NCBI GenBank assembly: GCA_022646745.1
Contig: CP060262.1
Span: 2,130,001-2,162,000, forward strand
Direction of reading: 5' to 3'
Length of the DNA: 32,000 bases
DNA from: Planctomycetales bacterium
Lineage (GTDB): Bacteria; 4484-113; JAFGCY01
A program made the position numbers and the translations under genes. The notes under the pieces were generated by a model, which had not been told where the DNA came from, ran no database searches, and saw nothing but the letters and a program-made list of their open reading frames with translations. Below are positions 17,939 through 27,571 of the stretch, one piece after another. Within the stretch, counting starts at the first letter, position 1; each line of letters begins with the position of its first letter.

Positions 17939-18235
17939 TTAGCCGGCGATGGTGTCACGCAGGGCCTTGCCAGCGGTGAACTTGGGCACCTTGCGGGCAG
18001 GGATCGTGATCTTGTCACCAGTCTTGGGGTTGACGCCCATGCGCTTCTTGCGCTTGCTGGTGCTGAAGGTGCCGAAGCCGGTCAGCTGCACGCGGCCGTT
18101 CTTCTTGAGCTCCTTGGTGATCACGTCAATGGTGGCCTCGATCACGGCCTTCGCCTTGGTCTTCTCAAGCTTGGTGGCCTTGGCCACTGCATCAATCAGC
18201 TCGGTCTTTCCGAGAGGCTTCTTAACAGTTGACAT
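17939..18235 (-). CDS. hup: HU-family nucleoid-associated DNA-binding protein
   Basis: 98 aa. It shows the typical HU pattern (TKAKAVIEATIDVITKEL, GRVQLTGFGTF, GVNPKTGDKITIPARKVPKFTAGKAL) and SD GGAGGA upstream. Confidence 0.9.
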   Translation of the reverse strand: MSTVKKPLGKTELIDAVAKATKLEKTKAKAVIEATIDVITKELKKNGRVQLTGFGTFSTSKRKKRMGVNPKTGDKITIPARKVPKFTAGKALRDTIAG

Positions 18236-18272
18236 TTACTTCCTCCGAGAGAAGTTGAATTACACGCGCCTA

Positions 18273-18301
18273 GATATAACCTAGAAAAACGGGCCTGTCA
18301 A
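18273..18301 (-). promoter_or_regulatory. Candidate sigma70 promoter for the HU gene
   Basis: On the minus strand: TTGACA (18301-18296), N17, TATATC (18278-18273), with an AT-rich UP-like tract upstream and ~30 nt of leader. Consensus match only. Confidence 0.5.
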
Positions 18302-18534
18302 GATATATTTCCCATTATTACGGGAAAAATCGGGTCTGGACGCCGGGATGCCCCATATATAAAGGGCGCATTTTCCCACCCGGTAATCAATTCTCAACAA
18401 TGGTCCGGGTATTCCGGCCGGCCCGCTTGGTGACGACGCCAGTGCTGGAGCGGGCTGAGGGAAATGGCGACCATGCTTGGCCTGCCCGGATCGGGGCTGA
18501 GGGGCGCGATCCAGCAGGGATGCGGCCTGAAATG

Positions 18535-18567
18535 AAAAACCCGCCCCGGTCGTCTGCTCCGGGGCGG
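18535..18567 (-). terminator. Rho-independent terminator after the NHL-repeat gene
   Basis: Stem ccgccccgg (18541-18549), 9-nt loop, stem ccggggcgg (18559-18567). The A-run at 18535-18539 gives a T-run on the minus strand, 27 nt past the stop at 18594. Confidence 0.75.
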
Positions 18568-18593
18568 GCGATTGGATTGACTGTCAGCCCTGG

Positions 18594-21542
18594 TCAGGGG
18601 GCCAGCACCACCAGCTGGCGGCGCTCGTCATCGGAGATGAAGAAGCGCCCCTCCGGCCCCATCTGGATGTCGGAGATGTCGCGTACCTGCCCGTCGCCGT
18701 CGCCCCAGGTGCCGAAGCTGGCAACCTTGCCGTACTCGCCCTCCGGTGTGTCCGGCGTGGAGTACTTGGTGAACAGGAAGGTGCCGCCGTAGATGTAGAT
18801 GTAGCCGGCCGCATCAACCGTGAGCGCATCGCCCCAGTTGTTGCCGGTGTCATTCACGAGCTTGTCCAGGTATGCGCCGGTGCTGAGGTCGAAGCGCAGC
18901 ACCTCAGCGCTCTGGCTCCAGGCGTTGGACAGCACGTACAGGTTGCCCTGGTAGCCATCAATCGCCAGCCGGCGCGCGCTGTTGTTGGGCGGGTCCGGCA
19001 TGGCGAACTGGCGCTTGTAGAATCCGTCCTCGAACACCTGCACGCGGTCATTGTCCTGGTCGGTGACGAACAGCTCACCGTCCCACCAGGCCATCGAGTA
19101 GTTGCCCTTGAAGCGGCCGTCCTCGCTGCCCCAGTCCGTTGCCAGCACACGGTAGCTGCTGAAGTCCTCGGTGTATTCCGTCAGCACCGTGTAGTCACTG
19201 CTGAAGTAGACCTTGCCATCTTCGCCCCAGCAGCACTCATAGGCCGTGCGTCCCATCCGTCCGGTGATCAGGTCGGCGTCATTGCCACTGGTCTCAAGGT
19301 AGGCCCGGTCGAGCACATCGTTGCGCAGGCCCATCAGCGTGAGTGAATAGGCCGCCTCGTCCAGTACGATGTACTGCCCGGTGTCATGGCGGATGCTCAC
19401 ATGCCGCGGCATCGCCCACTGGCCCTCATCCGGCACAAGGTCGCCCAGCCCGAACAGCACGTTGCCGCTGCCTGCGTCATAGACCGCCATGCGCTGGTTC
19501 GTACGGTCAGTGATTGCCAGCCGGCCACTGGAGTCCGCTGCAATGCCCCACATTGACCAGAAGCGGCCTTCCTGCCCGGTGGGATCGGACAGGCTCTTGC
19601 CGCTACCGTCCATGTATCCGCTGTGGCCCCACTCGCCCGTGAACTCGAAGCTGTCGGGGTCGAAGGAGAGGATCCTGTCCCGGTTGATGTCGGCACAGTA
19701 CACGGTGCCGTCAGGTGTGATCGCCAGCCCGAAGGGGTCGTTGAACTCACCCGTGTTGTCCGGGGTGTCGATGTCGCCGTCATAGCTGCCCAGCAGGTTG
19801 CCGTCATCATCGAACCAGTAGATGTGGTCATTGGCGACATCCGCCACCACGATCCGCCCCGCGGCATCGATCTCCACGTCCTCCGGGTCACTGAGCGTGC
19901 CGCTGCCGATGTAGCGGTCGAAGGCGTTGCCGATGAAGCGTGCCAGCCGGCCGTTCTCCTCGTCGGAGACCACCCAGGAGTTGCCCGGGCCGATCGCGAA
20001 GTGGTCGCCGCTGCCGAAGTGGTCGTCCAGCACCGTGAAGTCCACCGCCGGCTCGAGTGTCTTGCCGGCCGGGTCATAGGCCCAGATCTCCGGGCCGTCG
20101 CCATGCTTGATCCAGACATCCCCGTTGGCAGCAACCTCGATGTCGCGTGCATTGGAGATGTATACATAGTCATATGGTGTGCCGTCCGGGTTGAAGCCGT
20201 CCACCCGGCGCGCATTCTCATTGCCGACCCAGTAGCGCCCGCCGCCGTCCACTGCGATGCCGGTCGGGTCGTAGGCCTGCCACTCCTGGTAGGTTGTCTG
20301 GCCGATCTGGCTCCAGTTCTTCAGCGGCGTGGCCGGGTTGACAACATACAGCGGCTGGCTGTCGCTGAGTTTGCTGAACACCTTCACGCGGATATTGGAC
20401 TGCGTGTCCTGCGGGGCATCAAAAGGTACCCGGAAGCGCATCTGCACCGGGCTGGTGACCTGCACGTTGGCACCACCGATGGTCTGGCTGCCGTTGAGGA
20501 TCACGCTGGTGCTGCCGGCCTGCGTATCAAAGCCCGCGCCCTCGACATAGACCCAGTAGCCCGGGAAGGTGCGCTCGAACATCACGCGGTCGATGTACAG
20601 CTCGAAGTTGGCCTGCAGCGTCGCCACATTGGACATCGTGCTTTCCACCTGGTCAGCCGCCAGGCTGGTCACGCCGAAGTAGTAGCGCGTGCCGGTGTCG
20701 ATCTCATTGAGCTCGACATGCGGGTCGCCATTCGGCGGGATGAGCGCGAGGTTGTAGCGCACCACGGTGCTTTCGCCGGCCTGGCTGAAGTTGCGCTCGG
20801 CGTAGTAGATGTTGTAGCCCAGCAGGCCCGGCGTTGCCACCGCGTCCCAGTCCAGGTGCACCGCGCCGTCCTGCACCGTGGCCACGAGGCCGGTCGGCGG
20901 CGGCGGGGGTGGGTTGGTGCTGAGCTGCAGCTCCAGCTCGTCGAACACCACCCGGTCACCGCTGCAGGTCAGCCCGATCACGTAGACGTGCCCGTCATTG
21001 ATGTACTGGCCGTCCTGCGGGATCATGTAGGTGCCGTTGCCATCGTAGGGCCCGACCCAGCGCCAGCGGTCCTGGCCGTAGTCGGCGATCGCCAGGTAGT
21101 GCTGGTCCGGGTTGTCACCGACGCTGCTCTTCAGCTCGATCGCATACTCGTCGCCACCGGCGGTGCTGAAGCCGTACATCGCCCAGGCGATGCCCTTCTG
21201 CGGGGCCTGCACCACCAGCCGTTCGCCGCTGATGCTGGTGCCGGCACTCTTCTGCATCGCGTTCTTGCCCGGTACGGCCAGCACTGTGCGGTTGGCGGAG
21301 CGTGTGGGCTGGGGCAGGGGCGGCAGGCCGTCGGCATTAATGCCGTCACGGGTCAGCGCGCCCTGTTCCATCTCGGCAATCACCGGCGCACCGCGTCCGG
21401 CATCCGCAGCAATCACCGCAGGATCCGGGCTGCTGTCCAGCCTTGCCAGGTCATCATTCGTACCGGAGCCGCAGGATGCCGAGAGCATCGCCAGTCCGGC
21501 GCAGATCAACAGGCCCGCGCGGGGCAGCGTGAATCCTCGCAT
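18594..21542 (-). CDS. Lipoprotein with FN3-like, IPT/TIG-like and NHL-repeat beta-propeller regions
   Basis: Start placed at ATG 21542 (GGAGGAG ends 4 nt upstream; 1 nt after the upstream stop) rather than 21566. Lipobox LAMLSAS|C. PPPPPPTG is followed by an FN3-like segment (LDWDAV..GYNIYY). At least 6 NHL-type repeats are present (GRIVVADVANDHIYWFD, TVYCADINRDRILSFD, GELFVTDQDNDRVQVFE). Confidence 0.8.
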   Translation of the reverse strand: MRGFTLPRAGLLICAGLAMLSASCGSGTNDDLARLDSSPDPAVIAADAGRGAPVIAEMEQGALTRDGINADGLPPLPQPTRSANRTVLAVPGKNAMQKSAGTSISGERLVVQAPQKGIAWAMYGFSTAGGDEYAIELKSSVGDNPDQHYLAIADYGQDRWRWVGPYDGNGTYMIPQDGQYINDGHVYVIGLTCSGDRVVFDELELQLSTNPPPPPPTGLVATVQDGAVHLDWDAVATPGLLGYNIYYAERNFSQAGESTVVRYNLALIPPNGDPHVELNEIDTGTRYYFGVTSLAADQVESTMSNVATLQANFELYIDRVMFERTFPGYWVYVEGAGFDTQAGSTSVILNGSQTIGGANVQVTSPVQMRFRVPFDAPQDTQSNIRVKVFSKLSDSQPLYVVNPATPLKNWSQIGQTTYQEWQAYDPTGIAVDGGGRYWVGNENARRVDGFNPDGTPYDYVYISNARDIEVAANGDVWIKHGDGPEIWAYDPAGKTLEPAVDFTVLDDHFGSGDHFAIGPGNSWVVSDEENGRLARFIGNAFDRYIGSGTLSDPEDVEIDAAGRIVVADVANDHIYWFDDDGNLLGSYDGDIDTPDNTGEFNDPFGLAITPDGTVYCADINRDRILSFDPDSFEFTGEWGHSGYMDGSGKSLSDPTGQEGRFWSMWGIAADSSGRLAITDRTNQRMAVYDAGSGNVLFGLGDLVPDEGQWAMPRHVSIRHDTGQYIVLDEAAYSLTLMGLRNDVLDRAYLETSGNDADLITGRMGRTAYECCWGEDGKVYFSSDYTVLTEYTEDFSSYRVLATDWGSEDGRFKGNYSMAWWDGELFVTDQDNDRVQVFEDGFYKRQFAMPDPPNNSARRLAIDGYQGNLYVLSNAWSQSAEVLRFDLSTGAYLDKLVNDTGNNWGDALTVDAAGYIYIYGGTFLFTKYSTPDTPEGEYGKVASFGTWGDGDGQVRDISDIQMGPEGRFFISDDERRQLVVLAP

Positions 21543-21543
21543 G

Positions 21544-23559
21544 CTACTCCTCCGGGGTGTTGTCAATCACTGTGCCGTAGAAATCCTCGAACAGGCCGCG
21601 CAGGTCGTGGAAGCCCGGTCCGGTGGGCTTGAAGGCCTGCCTGCCGAGGTCGATGTTGTTCTGGATGTCGATCCGGCCGTGGCAACCGGCGCAGGTATGC
21701 ACCTCGCCCGGCTGCACGCTGTTGAACATCCGCTCGCGCACCGCCACGCGGCCCGTGCCGTCCACCAGTTCCCAGGTGATCGGGGTATTGGCGGGGATGC
21801 GGATGCGGAAGCTGCCATCCGGTGCGACCGGGTATTCGCCGATCAGGTTGGACTCGCCCATCAGCGGGAAGTTGTGGTTGCCGAAGCTGAAGTCGCCGGG
21901 GTCGCCATTCGGCAGGCCGTCCACGCGGCGCACCTGCTTGACGCGCAGCGTCCAGGGGCCGTCCTCGGGCAGCACGTTGCCCTGGCGCTGGTCGCCGCCA
22001 CGGTCGAAGATGTTCTCACAGGCGAACTCGCCCCAGTCCTCGGCGTTCTTCGTCTCGTCGGGGATCACCGGAGGGATCGTGCGCGGCATCAGCGGGATCG
22101 CACCGAATTCGGTGATGCCTTCCGCATCGCAGATCGCCGTCAGGTTGGAGCCGTCCTCATCCATGATGTAGATGCCGAAGTCCGGCTGGTCGCCTTCGGA
22201 CTCGTTCCAGACGGCGCCCGGCGCATAGCTCACGAGGATCCGCCCGTCCGGCAGGCCGACCGGGAACTTGTAACGGCCGTATGTGTTCCAGTCGCCGGCA
22301 TCCACCATGCCCTTCTCGGTCAGGTAGCTGTAGCTCGGGAAGTCCGGGTTGCCAGCCGGGTCCGCCTTGACGATCGCACCGGCACCGTAGTTCTCATGGT
22401 GCGCGCGGCCGCCCGTCGGCAGGTTGAAGTTCGTATGCGTCAGCAGCATCTGGTGGTCATAGGTCTCGCTCAAGTCCACGAAGCAGTCGATGCTGTCACG
22501 CACGATGTGGCTGCCGAACACGGGGAAGGCGAAGCGGCCGTCGGGCAGCATCTTCCAGACCACGAAGCGGTTGTAGCGCGGGCCGGCGATGTTGATGCGC
22601 GTATCCCAGGAGATGAACAGGATCTCGCCGGTATGCGACACGATCGGGTTGAAGGCGCCGTTGCTGGAGATGTGGATCTGGCGCTCCTCGCCGGTGAAGC
22701 GGTCGAGAATGTGCATGTGCGGCACCTGGGTGCCGGCATCGTAGAAGTCGCCGATGCCGTAGCGCTCGCTGGTGAACAGGATGTCACCGCTGGGCAGGTA
22801 GGTCGGCTCGCCGTCGTCATAGTCGTTGAAGGTCAGCTGCGTCAGGTTCGTGCCATCGATGTTGACCTCGAACAGCTCCATGTCGGAGCCGCCGAACTCG
22901 CGCATTGCCAAGAGCAGCTTCTTGCCGTCGTAGCTCAGCTCGAGGTCCTGCATCGGGCGGTCGCTGATGGTCAGCACCTGCGTCAGCGTGCCGTCCGGGT
23001 CGAGCCGCATGATGGTCTGGTCCGCGAAGAAGTTGCGCCCGAGGTTGCGGAATGCCATGAACGGCGTGCGGTTCGGGTTGTCAACCGGGTTGGACTTGAT
23101 GAACAGGATCGGCTGGTCAAGCACGCCGTCCGGGAACTCGGAAGCGCCCATCGTGACCTTGTTGCCACCCTCGCCGTTGTCCAGCTCAAAGTACTCCGTC
23201 CGCGCATCCAGCGCAAGCGTCGCGGACTGGCCGGCGGCAAGCTGGGTGATGGTGGATCTGCTGAGGTCCGCCTCGATCCGGCGGACAACCGCATCCCGGT
23301 CCACCTCCACACTGAGCCCTTCAGCATCCTTCTGGATGCTGGTCACCACACCGGGCTCCAGCTGGGACTGGTCAATCCCGTCCACCTTGCCGACCACCGG
23401 CAGCCGCCGGCCCTCGTCGGAAAGGAGTACGCCTTCCTGCCCTGCGGGTGTTGCCACCGCCGGCAGGACCTGCTGTTCAGGTACTGATGTGTTGCCGCCA
23501 CATGAGGCCAGCAGCACCGTTGCCAGGCCGAATACCGGCCACAATCCAGATCTCCGCAT
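21544..23559 (-). CDS. Lipoprotein with TolB/WD40-like beta-propeller repeats and a C-terminal CxxCH motif
   Basis: ATG 23559 with GGGAGG 5 nt upstream. Lipobox VLLAS|CGG. It carries repeated propeller-like segments (YDGKKLLLAMRE, PSGDILFTSER, HTGEILFISWD, PDGRILVSYAP) and a single CAGCH at nt 21679-21693. It resembles the family annotated as hydrazine-synthase-alpha-like, from memory only. Confidence 0.7.
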   Translation of the reverse strand: MRRSGLWPVFGLATVLLASCGGNTSVPEQQVLPAVATPAGQEGVLLSDEGRRLPVVGKVDGIDQSQLEPGVVTSIQKDAEGLSVEVDRDAVVRRIEADLSRSTITQLAAGQSATLALDARTEYFELDNGEGGNKVTMGASEFPDGVLDQPILFIKSNPVDNPNRTPFMAFRNLGRNFFADQTIMRLDPDGTLTQVLTISDRPMQDLELSYDGKKLLLAMREFGGSDMELFEVNIDGTNLTQLTFNDYDDGEPTYLPSGDILFTSERYGIGDFYDAGTQVPHMHILDRFTGEERQIHISSNGAFNPIVSHTGEILFISWDTRINIAGPRYNRFVVWKMLPDGRFAFPVFGSHIVRDSIDCFVDLSETYDHQMLLTHTNFNLPTGGRAHHENYGAGAIVKADPAGNPDFPSYSYLTEKGMVDAGDWNTYGRYKFPVGLPDGRILVSYAPGAVWNESEGDQPDFGIYIMDEDGSNLTAICDAEGITEFGAIPLMPRTIPPVIPDETKNAEDWGEFACENIFDRGGDQRQGNVLPEDGPWTLRVKQVRRVDGLPNGDPGDFSFGNHNFPLMGESNLIGEYPVAPDGSFRIRIPANTPITWELVDGTGRVAVRERMFNSVQPGEVHTCAGCHGRIDIQNNIDLGRQAFKPTGPGFHDLRGLFEDFYGTVIDNTPEE

Positions 23560-23737
23560 AGCTACCTCCCGATTCCCCGCAGCTGGAAACAGCAGCTGCA
23601 GCACTCATTCTGGAGAGTAACGGAGGGGAAAACCGATTAACTGACCGCCAATTCCCTTCGCGGGCGAATTGACCCATGTTTTCCGCTGTTTCCCGTTCTC
23701 CCCGCTTAACGGACTTTAACCCGGATTTAACTTTCCG

Positions 23738-23766
23738 AGTATATATGAATTGTAACGTGTTTTCAA
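23738..23766 (-). promoter_or_regulatory. Candidate promoter for the 23559-18594 lipoprotein operon
   Basis: On the minus strand: TTGAAA (23766-23761), N17, TATACT (23743-23738) in an AT-rich spacer, implying a ~170-nt leader. Consensus match only. Confidence 0.45.
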
Positions 23767-23870
23767 GGATTTGACATCATTTTTTCAGTTGCGCATGAAA
23801 AAGTCAGACAATCTCATTATCTTGACCAATTGCGCTAAGTTAAATGGATGGCCTTAGTCAGGCCCTGTGG

Positions 23871-26800
23871 CTACTCACCACGTACCGGCAGTGCGCCGAC
23901 AGGAATTGCGTTCCCGCGGCGCTCAATCACCCAGCGGATCGTGGCTGCGAGCTTGTCAGGACTGACCGGCTTGTCCAGGAAGGCATCCAGCCCGTAGCGC
24001 TCCAGCATCTGCGAGTTCACCGTGCGGCTGAAGCCGGTGCACAGGATCACCGGCATGTCCCGGCGGATGCGGTGGATCTCCTCAGTCAGCTGCACCCCGG
24101 TCAGGCCCGGCATGGTCTGGTCCGTCACCAGGATGTCGAAGGCCTGCGGGTCCAGCTCGAACAGGCGCAGGGCGTCCTCCGGGCTGATCGTGCGCGTCAC
24201 GTGGTAGCCCATCGAGCTCAGCGCCTGGTCTGACATCGCGGCCACCATTTCCTCGTCATCCACCAGCAGCACGCGCTCACAGCCATTCGTATTGCTGTAG
24301 TCCGGCTCACTGAGCGGCTGCTCCACCTGCTCACTGCGGGGCAGGAGCAGGATGAACTCGCTGCCCAGCCCGCGGGTGCTGTCCACCCGCACCGCACCGC
24401 CGAGCCGCGAGATGATGCCGTGCACCACGCTCAGGCCGAGGCCCGTGCCGCGGCCGGTTTCCTTCGTGGTGAAGAAGGGCTCGAAGATGCGCTTCTGCAC
24501 CTGTTCGTCCATCCCCTCGCCGGTGTCACGCACGGACAGCTTCTGGTACGTGCCGCAGGGAAGTCCCAGCTCACGGGCCTCATTCTCATCCTCCAGCTCG
24601 TAGCGGCTCAGGCTGACCTCGAGCATGCCGCCATCCTCCTCCATCGCCTGTCCGGCGTTGGTGCAGAGGTTCATCACCACCTGGTGCAGCTGGGTGGCAT
24701 CGGCGTACACCGTGCCCTCCAGGTCCAGCAGGCTCTGGCGGATCTCGATCGTGCTCGGCAGGGAGGCGCGGATCAGCTTCAGCACCTCGCGCACGATGCG
24801 CTGGGTGCAGACCGCCTCGCTGCGGGCCTCGCGGCTCTGGCTGAAGGTCAGGATCTGGCGCACGAGCTCGGTCGCGCGGCGGCTGGCGGTCAGCACGCTG
24901 TCCAGGTTGGACTGCATCCGCTCGTTGCCATTCACCTCGCGGCGCACGATCTGCGTGTAGCCGATGATCGCCGAGAGGATGTTGTTGAAGTCATGTGCGA
25001 TGCCGCCGGCCAGGCTGCCGATCGCTTCCATCTTCTGCGTATGCTGCAGGCGCATTTCGAGCTGTGCCTTGGCGGTGATGTCACGCAGCACGCCGACGTA
25101 ATTGGCAATCTCGCCGTTGCCGTCCTTGATCGGCGTGATCGCGGCGTCCACGCGGAACAGCCCGCCGTTGGCACTGCGGTTCACGATCTCACCGCGCCAG
25201 ACCTCGCCGGCCTGCAGGCGCTGCCACATGTCCGCATAGAAGGCGTCGTCATGTTCCTCGCTGCGCAGGATGCGCGGCGTGTACTGGCGGATCTCATGTA
25301 GCTGGTGCCCGCTGATGCGCTCGAAGGCCGGGTTGGCGTACTCGATCCGGCCGTCGCGGTCGGTGATCAGGATCATCTCGTCGATGCGTTCGATCGCGGT
25401 CAGCAGGCGCTTGCGCTCCTGCTCCACCAGCCTGCGCTCCGAGTCGTCCCGCAGGGTGAAGAACGCGCCGCTCACACGGCCGGCCTCCTCGATCGGGATC
25501 GCGCTCAGCGTTGCCAGCGTGTAGCGGTCCGGCTCACCGCGGAAGCGCACCTCGCAGGCCGCCTGCCCCTGGCCGCGCATCACGCGGCGGAACATCGCCT
25601 GCACCCGTGACTGGTCATCGGGATGCAGCAGCTCAAGCGCGCTGCGCCCGATCCACTCTGCGATGCGGTGGCTGGTCTGCTGCTCAAAGGCTGCGTTGAC
25701 GGCCGTCAGGATGCCCTGGCGCGAAACCGTGAAGATCAGGTCGTCGGCACCTTCCACCAGGCTGCGCAGGCGCTCCTCGCTGTGGCGCAGGCTCTCCTCG
25801 GCGATGCGCCGGTCGCTCAGGTCCTCATGCACCAGCAGCACCTCGCCGGGACGGCCCTCGCTGTTGTCAATGCTGTAGATGAAGCAGCGCGTCCAGGGCA
25901 GCAGCGGCAGCGGTGTCTGGCTGCGGTCCTCACTGTCCGTGCGCAGCAGCGGCAGCTCGGTGGCCCCGCCGCTGAAGCCGCGGCGCAGGTAGGACAGCAG
26001 GCCATGCGCCGCCATCTGCGGGTCCTCAAGGATGTTGTAGTCCGCAAAGCTGTCGATCCGCCCGGCGAACATCTTCTTCCAGACGGAGTTGCCACGCAGC
26101 GCGCGGCCGTCCGTGGAGTAGACCTGCATCGCCAGCGGGCTCTGTTCGAACAGGTTGCGGTAGCGGGCCTCGACCTCGGCCTGCAGCTTCTCCGCATGCA
26201 GGCGGTCCATTGCCACGCCGGCCAGGTTGGCGGCGATCTCCAGCGTGCGGAACTCGTCCTGGCTGGGCTGCATCTCCGCCGGCATGTAGATCGCAATCAC
26301 GCCGAGCACGGTGCCGCTGGCCGAGATCACCGGCTGCGCCACACAGTGTGCCAGCCCGGCGCCCTCCTCAAGCAGCTGCTCCATGGACTGGCTGTCAGTG
26401 GTCAGCTGCGAACTGATCACGCGCTCACCCAGGTGTGCCGCGCTGCCGCAGCAGGAGCTGTCCGGGCCGATCAGCAGGTTGTCAAGCAGTTCAAGTGCCA
26501 GCCCGTCCATCTGCGGGCGGAAGGCGTTGCGCAGCACGCGGCGCTCGTTGTCAGCGATCATCACGCTGCACACGCAGCCATGGTGGATTGCCGACACGCT
26601 GTGCGCCAGCGATTCAAGGATGTGCTCGAGCTCGATGCCCGCCATCAGCATTTCGACCAAGCGTGTCTGGCTGCCGGCCAGCACGCTGGAGCGGTGCTCC
26701 TCGGTCACGTCACGGGCCTGCAGCAGGCGCAGGCTGTGCTCGCCATGCGTCAGCGTCGTCAGTCCGATCAGCAGGCGGCCGCGCGGGCCATTGGGGCCTT

Positions 26801-27434
26801 GCACCTCGGCCATGAAGCAGGTGTCAGCACTGCCGATCTCCGAGACCGGGCGGGCCTCCACCTGGAAGATGTTCACGAAGTCATGCAGCTGGCGGCCCTG
26901 CAGGCGGCCCGGGCCGGCCTGCAGCAGTTCCTCCAGCGCGGGGCTGACGGCGATGAAGCTGCCCTGCTCGTCAAGCAGTGCGGCACAGGCGCTGTTTTCC
27001 CAGAACATGCGAGCCGCCTCGGGCGATACCGCCGGTGCATTGTCCCGTGGTGCAGCCGGTGCCGCGAAACCCACCGGCAACCTGCCGATGCACATTGCCA
27101 GCTCAGTCTCGAAGTGCTCATCCAGCAGCAGGCAGTCGTTGGCCCCACCGCGCATCGCACTGAGCACCGAGGCTGCATCGGATTCCGGCACCAGTGCCAC
27201 GATGCGCAGGCCCGGGCAGCTGCCGTGCAGTGCTTCCAGCAGCCTGCTGCAGTCCACGCCCGCTTCCCAGTCAAGCAGCATCAGGTCATAGTGCGACCCA
27301 TTGAGCAGTTCCACTGCCTCGCTGGCCAGTTCCCGGTGCGTGAACTTGTGGCCCAGTGCAGCGATGGCCGCAGCCAGCCGGGAGGCCACCGCGGGGTCCG
27401 GCCCCGCATGCAGGATTTGCAGATCAGATGACAT
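23871..27434 (-). CDS. Hybrid sensor histidine kinase: N-terminal receiver-like domain, PAS, GAF, three PAS, HisKA, HATPase, C-terminal receiver
   Basis: 1187 aa. H-box GGIAHDFNNILSAIIGY, N-box MNLCTNAGQAM, G1 DTGEGM, G2 GTGLGLSVVHG. C-terminal REC: VLLVDDEE..ILVTDQTMPG..FLDKP. N-terminal REC-like: DLMLLDW. PAS/GAF calls rest on length and spacing. Confidence 0.9.
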   Translation of the reverse strand: MSSDLQILHAGPDPAVASRLAAAIAALGHKFTHRELASEAVELLNGSHYDLMLLDWEAGVDCSRLLEALHGSCPGLRIVALVPESDAASVLSAMRGGANDCLLLDEHFETELAMCIGRLPVGFAAPAAPRDNAPAVSPEAARMFWENSACAALLDEQGSFIAVSPALEELLQAGPGRLQGRQLHDFVNIFQVEARPVSEIGSADTCFMAEVQGPNGPRGRLLIGLTTLTHGEHSLRLLQARDVTEEHRSSVLAGSQTRLVEMLMAGIELEHILESLAHSVSAIHHGCVCSVMIADNERRVLRNAFRPQMDGLALELLDNLLIGPDSSCCGSAAHLGERVISSQLTTDSQSMEQLLEEGAGLAHCVAQPVISASGTVLGVIAIYMPAEMQPSQDEFRTLEIAANLAGVAMDRLHAEKLQAEVEARYRNLFEQSPLAMQVYSTDGRALRGNSVWKKMFAGRIDSFADYNILEDPQMAAHGLLSYLRRGFSGGATELPLLRTDSEDRSQTPLPLLPWTRCFIYSIDNSEGRPGEVLLVHEDLSDRRIAEESLRHSEERLRSLVEGADDLIFTVSRQGILTAVNAAFEQQTSHRIAEWIGRSALELLHPDDQSRVQAMFRRVMRGQGQAACEVRFRGEPDRYTLATLSAIPIEEAGRVSGAFFTLRDDSERRLVEQERKRLLTAIERIDEMILITDRDGRIEYANPAFERISGHQLHEIRQYTPRILRSEEHDDAFYADMWQRLQAGEVWRGEIVNRSANGGLFRVDAAITPIKDGNGEIANYVGVLRDITAKAQLEMRLQHTQKMEAIGSLAGGIAHDFNNILSAIIGYTQIVRREVNGNERMQSNLDSVLTASRRATELVRQILTFSQSREARSEAVCTQRIVREVLKLIRASLPSTIEIRQSLLDLEGTVYADATQLHQVVMNLCTNAGQAMEEDGGMLEVSLSRYELEDENEARELGLPCGTYQKLSVRDTGEGMDEQVQKRIFEPFFTTKETGRGTGLGLSVVHGIISRLGGAVRVDSTRGLGSEFILLLPRSEQVEQPLSEPDYSNTNGCERVLLVDDEEMVAAMSDQALSSMGYHVTRTISPEDALRLFELDPQAFDILVTDQTMPGLTGVQLTEEIHRIRRDMPVILCTGFSRTVNSQMLERYGLDAFLDKPVSPDKLAATIRWVIERRGNAIPVGALPVRGE

Positions 27435-27571
27435 TTACCACCAGCGGGCCGCAGCCCGCAGCAATTACCTGCAAAAGGTATAACAACTGCCGGCGGCACT
27501 CAGCGCGGCGCAAGGATTAATCGGGGTCAAATCGCGGTGAAGCGGAAAATCCAGGTCAAATCCGGATTAGG

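Noticed and set aside
18302-18534. About 230 bp of GC-rich non-coding spacer between the NHL-gene terminator and the HU promoter, containing a 10-nt direct repeat gggctgaggg (about 18452 and 18493)
   Set aside because: I could not fold it into a tRNA or any known RNA by eye, and the only ORF (18400-18792, +) runs antisense into the NHL gene. There is not enough evidence to call a feature. A covariance-model scan (Rfam) would be the proper test.
19623-23487. Long plus-strand ORFs (19623-21632, 669 aa; 21112-23487, 791 aa) opposite the two lipoprotein genes
   Set aside because: They are antisense to genes with signal peptides, repeat-domain structure and coupled starts. Their translations are low-complexity (A/V/G/R/D/H-rich) with no recognisable motifs.
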